A stretch of DNA of 64,000 nucleotides from Lama guanicoe (taxonomy: Eukaryota). The DNA lies in contig MU053933.1 in NCBI GenBank assembly GCA_013239625.1, forward strand, positions 2,967,817-3,031,816. Reading direction: 5' to 3'. The position numbers were made by a program, and so were the translations under genes. Of the stretch, positions 62,265 to 64,000 are shown in pieces. The stretch's first letter is position 1, and every line of letters starts with the position of its first letter. The notes beneath the pieces were generated by a model. The model was not told the DNA's origin and did not search any database. It was given only the letters and a program-made list of their open reading frames with translations.

Positions 62265-64000
62265 GTTTTTAAAAAAACCAAACTTCTTTAGAACAGTTTT
62301 AGATTCATGGAATCATAGTAAGGATAGTGCAGAGAATTCCTGTACACCTCACGCCCAGTTTAACATTTTACATTAGTTGGGTGCATTTGTCATAATTAAC
62401 GGACCCATGTTGATTCGTTGTCATTTACTGAAGTCCATACTGTGGATTTCTTTGGTTTTTTCCCTGCTGTCCTTTTCCTGTCCCAGAATACATTTGTCAT
62501 GTCTCTTCAGGCTCTTCTTGGCTGTGATTCTTTCTTAGATTTTCCTTGTTTGTTTGTTTTTTAAAATTCTAACTTTTTATTTATTTTTATCTTTTTAATG
62601 GAGGTGCTGGGGATTGAACCCAGGACTTCATGCGTGCTAAGCACGTGCTCTACCACTGAGCTATACTCCGCCCGCAGACTTTCCTTGTTTGTGGTGGAGT
62701 TTGGAGGAGTATTGGTTAAGTATTTTGTATAATGTTCCTCTGTTGGAATTTGTCTGATGATTAGATTGGAGGGTGTAGATTTTGGGAGGAAGACCACAGA
62801 GGAGAGGGCCCTTCTCCTCATGGCCCGTCCAGGGTGCGCCGTCAGCACCACCGTCCCCACGACCTTCACCGCGGCTGCTGACCTTGGTCATCTGGCGTGG
62901 GGGTGTCTGTGGGGTCTCTCCGCCGCATGGCTGTCCCCCACTGTCCCCTGGAAGGAGGTCGCCGTGCTGTGCACACCGGCACCCGAGGAGGGGGTCCGCC
63001 CCCCTCCCTGAGGACGGAGCAGCGGCTGAACCGACGTGGGTTCTCCTGGGAGCAGACTCCCTCGTCTCCCGGTTTGCTCGCCAGTTGTTTACTGAAGTCA
63101 GGTCGCACCCACGGGTGTTTATTTTCTACTTTGGCTTAGAGTCTTCTGCTACTTTCTTCATGCTTTTGCTCAGCTGTTCGAGCTTTGGCCGAGGGAGTCG
63201 TTCTGTGTCCCTGTGACGCCCTGACCACTGTGCCCGTGTGTTTGCTTGGTTTTGTGTTCAGATGCAGCTTTTCTTTCCGGGACTGCGAGATGCTCTAGGC
63301 TCATTTTGCGTGTGTCCTGCCCCGTCCGGGAAACCGGGAGCCTGGTGCCTTTCATCAGAAAAGGGTATGAGAGACTGATATCTGGGCACCGGTGCGCTTG
63401 TTGCTACTGAGGTATTGTTACTTCTAGGCCCTCTTGGCTGGCGGAGCTTGTAAATACCCTGGACAGAACCATCTGTATCTGTACTGAGCTAAACATCAGC
63501 TCGTGCTGACATTTCCAGCTCCAGTTCCCCCAGCATGGACCCTTCTAGCCTCCTCCCCTTCCTGACATGTAACCGCCCCCTTGAACACTGACATACCTGG
63601 CTCCCACCGTCCCATCCGTGACTGAATTGTTGGGTGCAGCACATGCACAGCAGTAGTAGAATTAGTAACTGTGTCCCTTGGGAAACAACTTTATCAACTA
63701 GAGTACAGCCTTGAGTACAGTTCCTTTTGCCTTTTCTCTCCTAGACTCCACTCATTTCCAGAGATGCTTACGTCAGCCCCTTACTCCCCACCCACTTCGG
63801 GGAGGTTTGCATTCGTAGTACAGTTAGTCTTTTGTCATAGTCCACATTCCATCTTGGATTCTCTTGACATCCTAAGTGGTTTTTCAGAATTGCATACATT
63901 TTTACTTTTCATGCTGTAAAGTTCGCTGGCTTTTGACAAATGCGTACTGTCTTGTGGTCATGTTTACAGCATGACATGTGATAGTTTCACGGCCTTAAAA
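62265..64000 (-). mobile_element. L1MC/L1MD-type long 3'UTR (runs off window)
   Basis: 'tttagaacagtttttagattca...agtgcagagaattcctgtacacc' 3' end, and 'gggaaacaactttatcaactagagtacag'. Confidence 0.75.
62554..62675 (-). mobile_element. Vic-1-like SINE with 17-bp TSD
   Basis: SINE body 'ggaggtgctggggattgaacccaggacttcatgcgtgctaagcacgtgctctaccactgagctatac'. TSD agattttccttgtttgt (62537-62553) / agactttccttgtttgt (62676-62692). Confidence 0.9.

Noticed and set aside
1..64000. CRISPR array, prokaryotic operon or defence system
   Set aside because: The sequence is clearly mammalian; no repeat-spacer arrays or gene-dense coding structure.

Overview
Mammalian genomic DNA, most likely from a camelid or closely related cetartiodactyl. 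The basis is tRNA-derived SINEs of the camelid Vic-1 type and cetartiodactyl-type L1 5' and 3' ends, recognised from memory of consensus sequences, not from a database search. No protein-coding gene can be supported. The window has a GC-rich upstream region (1-8.3 kb) and a strong CpG-island promoter (~8.35-10.3 kb). The promoter carries three phased inverted CCAAT boxes, GC boxes and a non-coding first exon ending in a perfect donor (CAG|GTGAGT at 9311/9312). What follows looks like a long + strand transcription unit of unknown identity (lncRNA or long 5'UTR), with a few candidate small exons. Its intronic space is filled with nested, mostly antisense L1 fossils, MaLR/ERV LTRs, L2, MIR, a Charlie1a hAT fossil and SINEs. 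I did not find a convincing new biological system. The most notable structures are: (1) a 5'-complete sense-strand L1 whose target-site duplication also encloses a truncated, A-tailed MLT1A-type LTR piece, which looks like a 3' transduction ended at an LTR poly(A) signal; (2) two small TSD-flanked orphan retro-insertions; (3) repeated use of the same L1 target sites; (4) apparent GC-biased erosion of old repeats. Subfamily names and boundaries are approximate and need RepeatMasker/Dfam confirmation.
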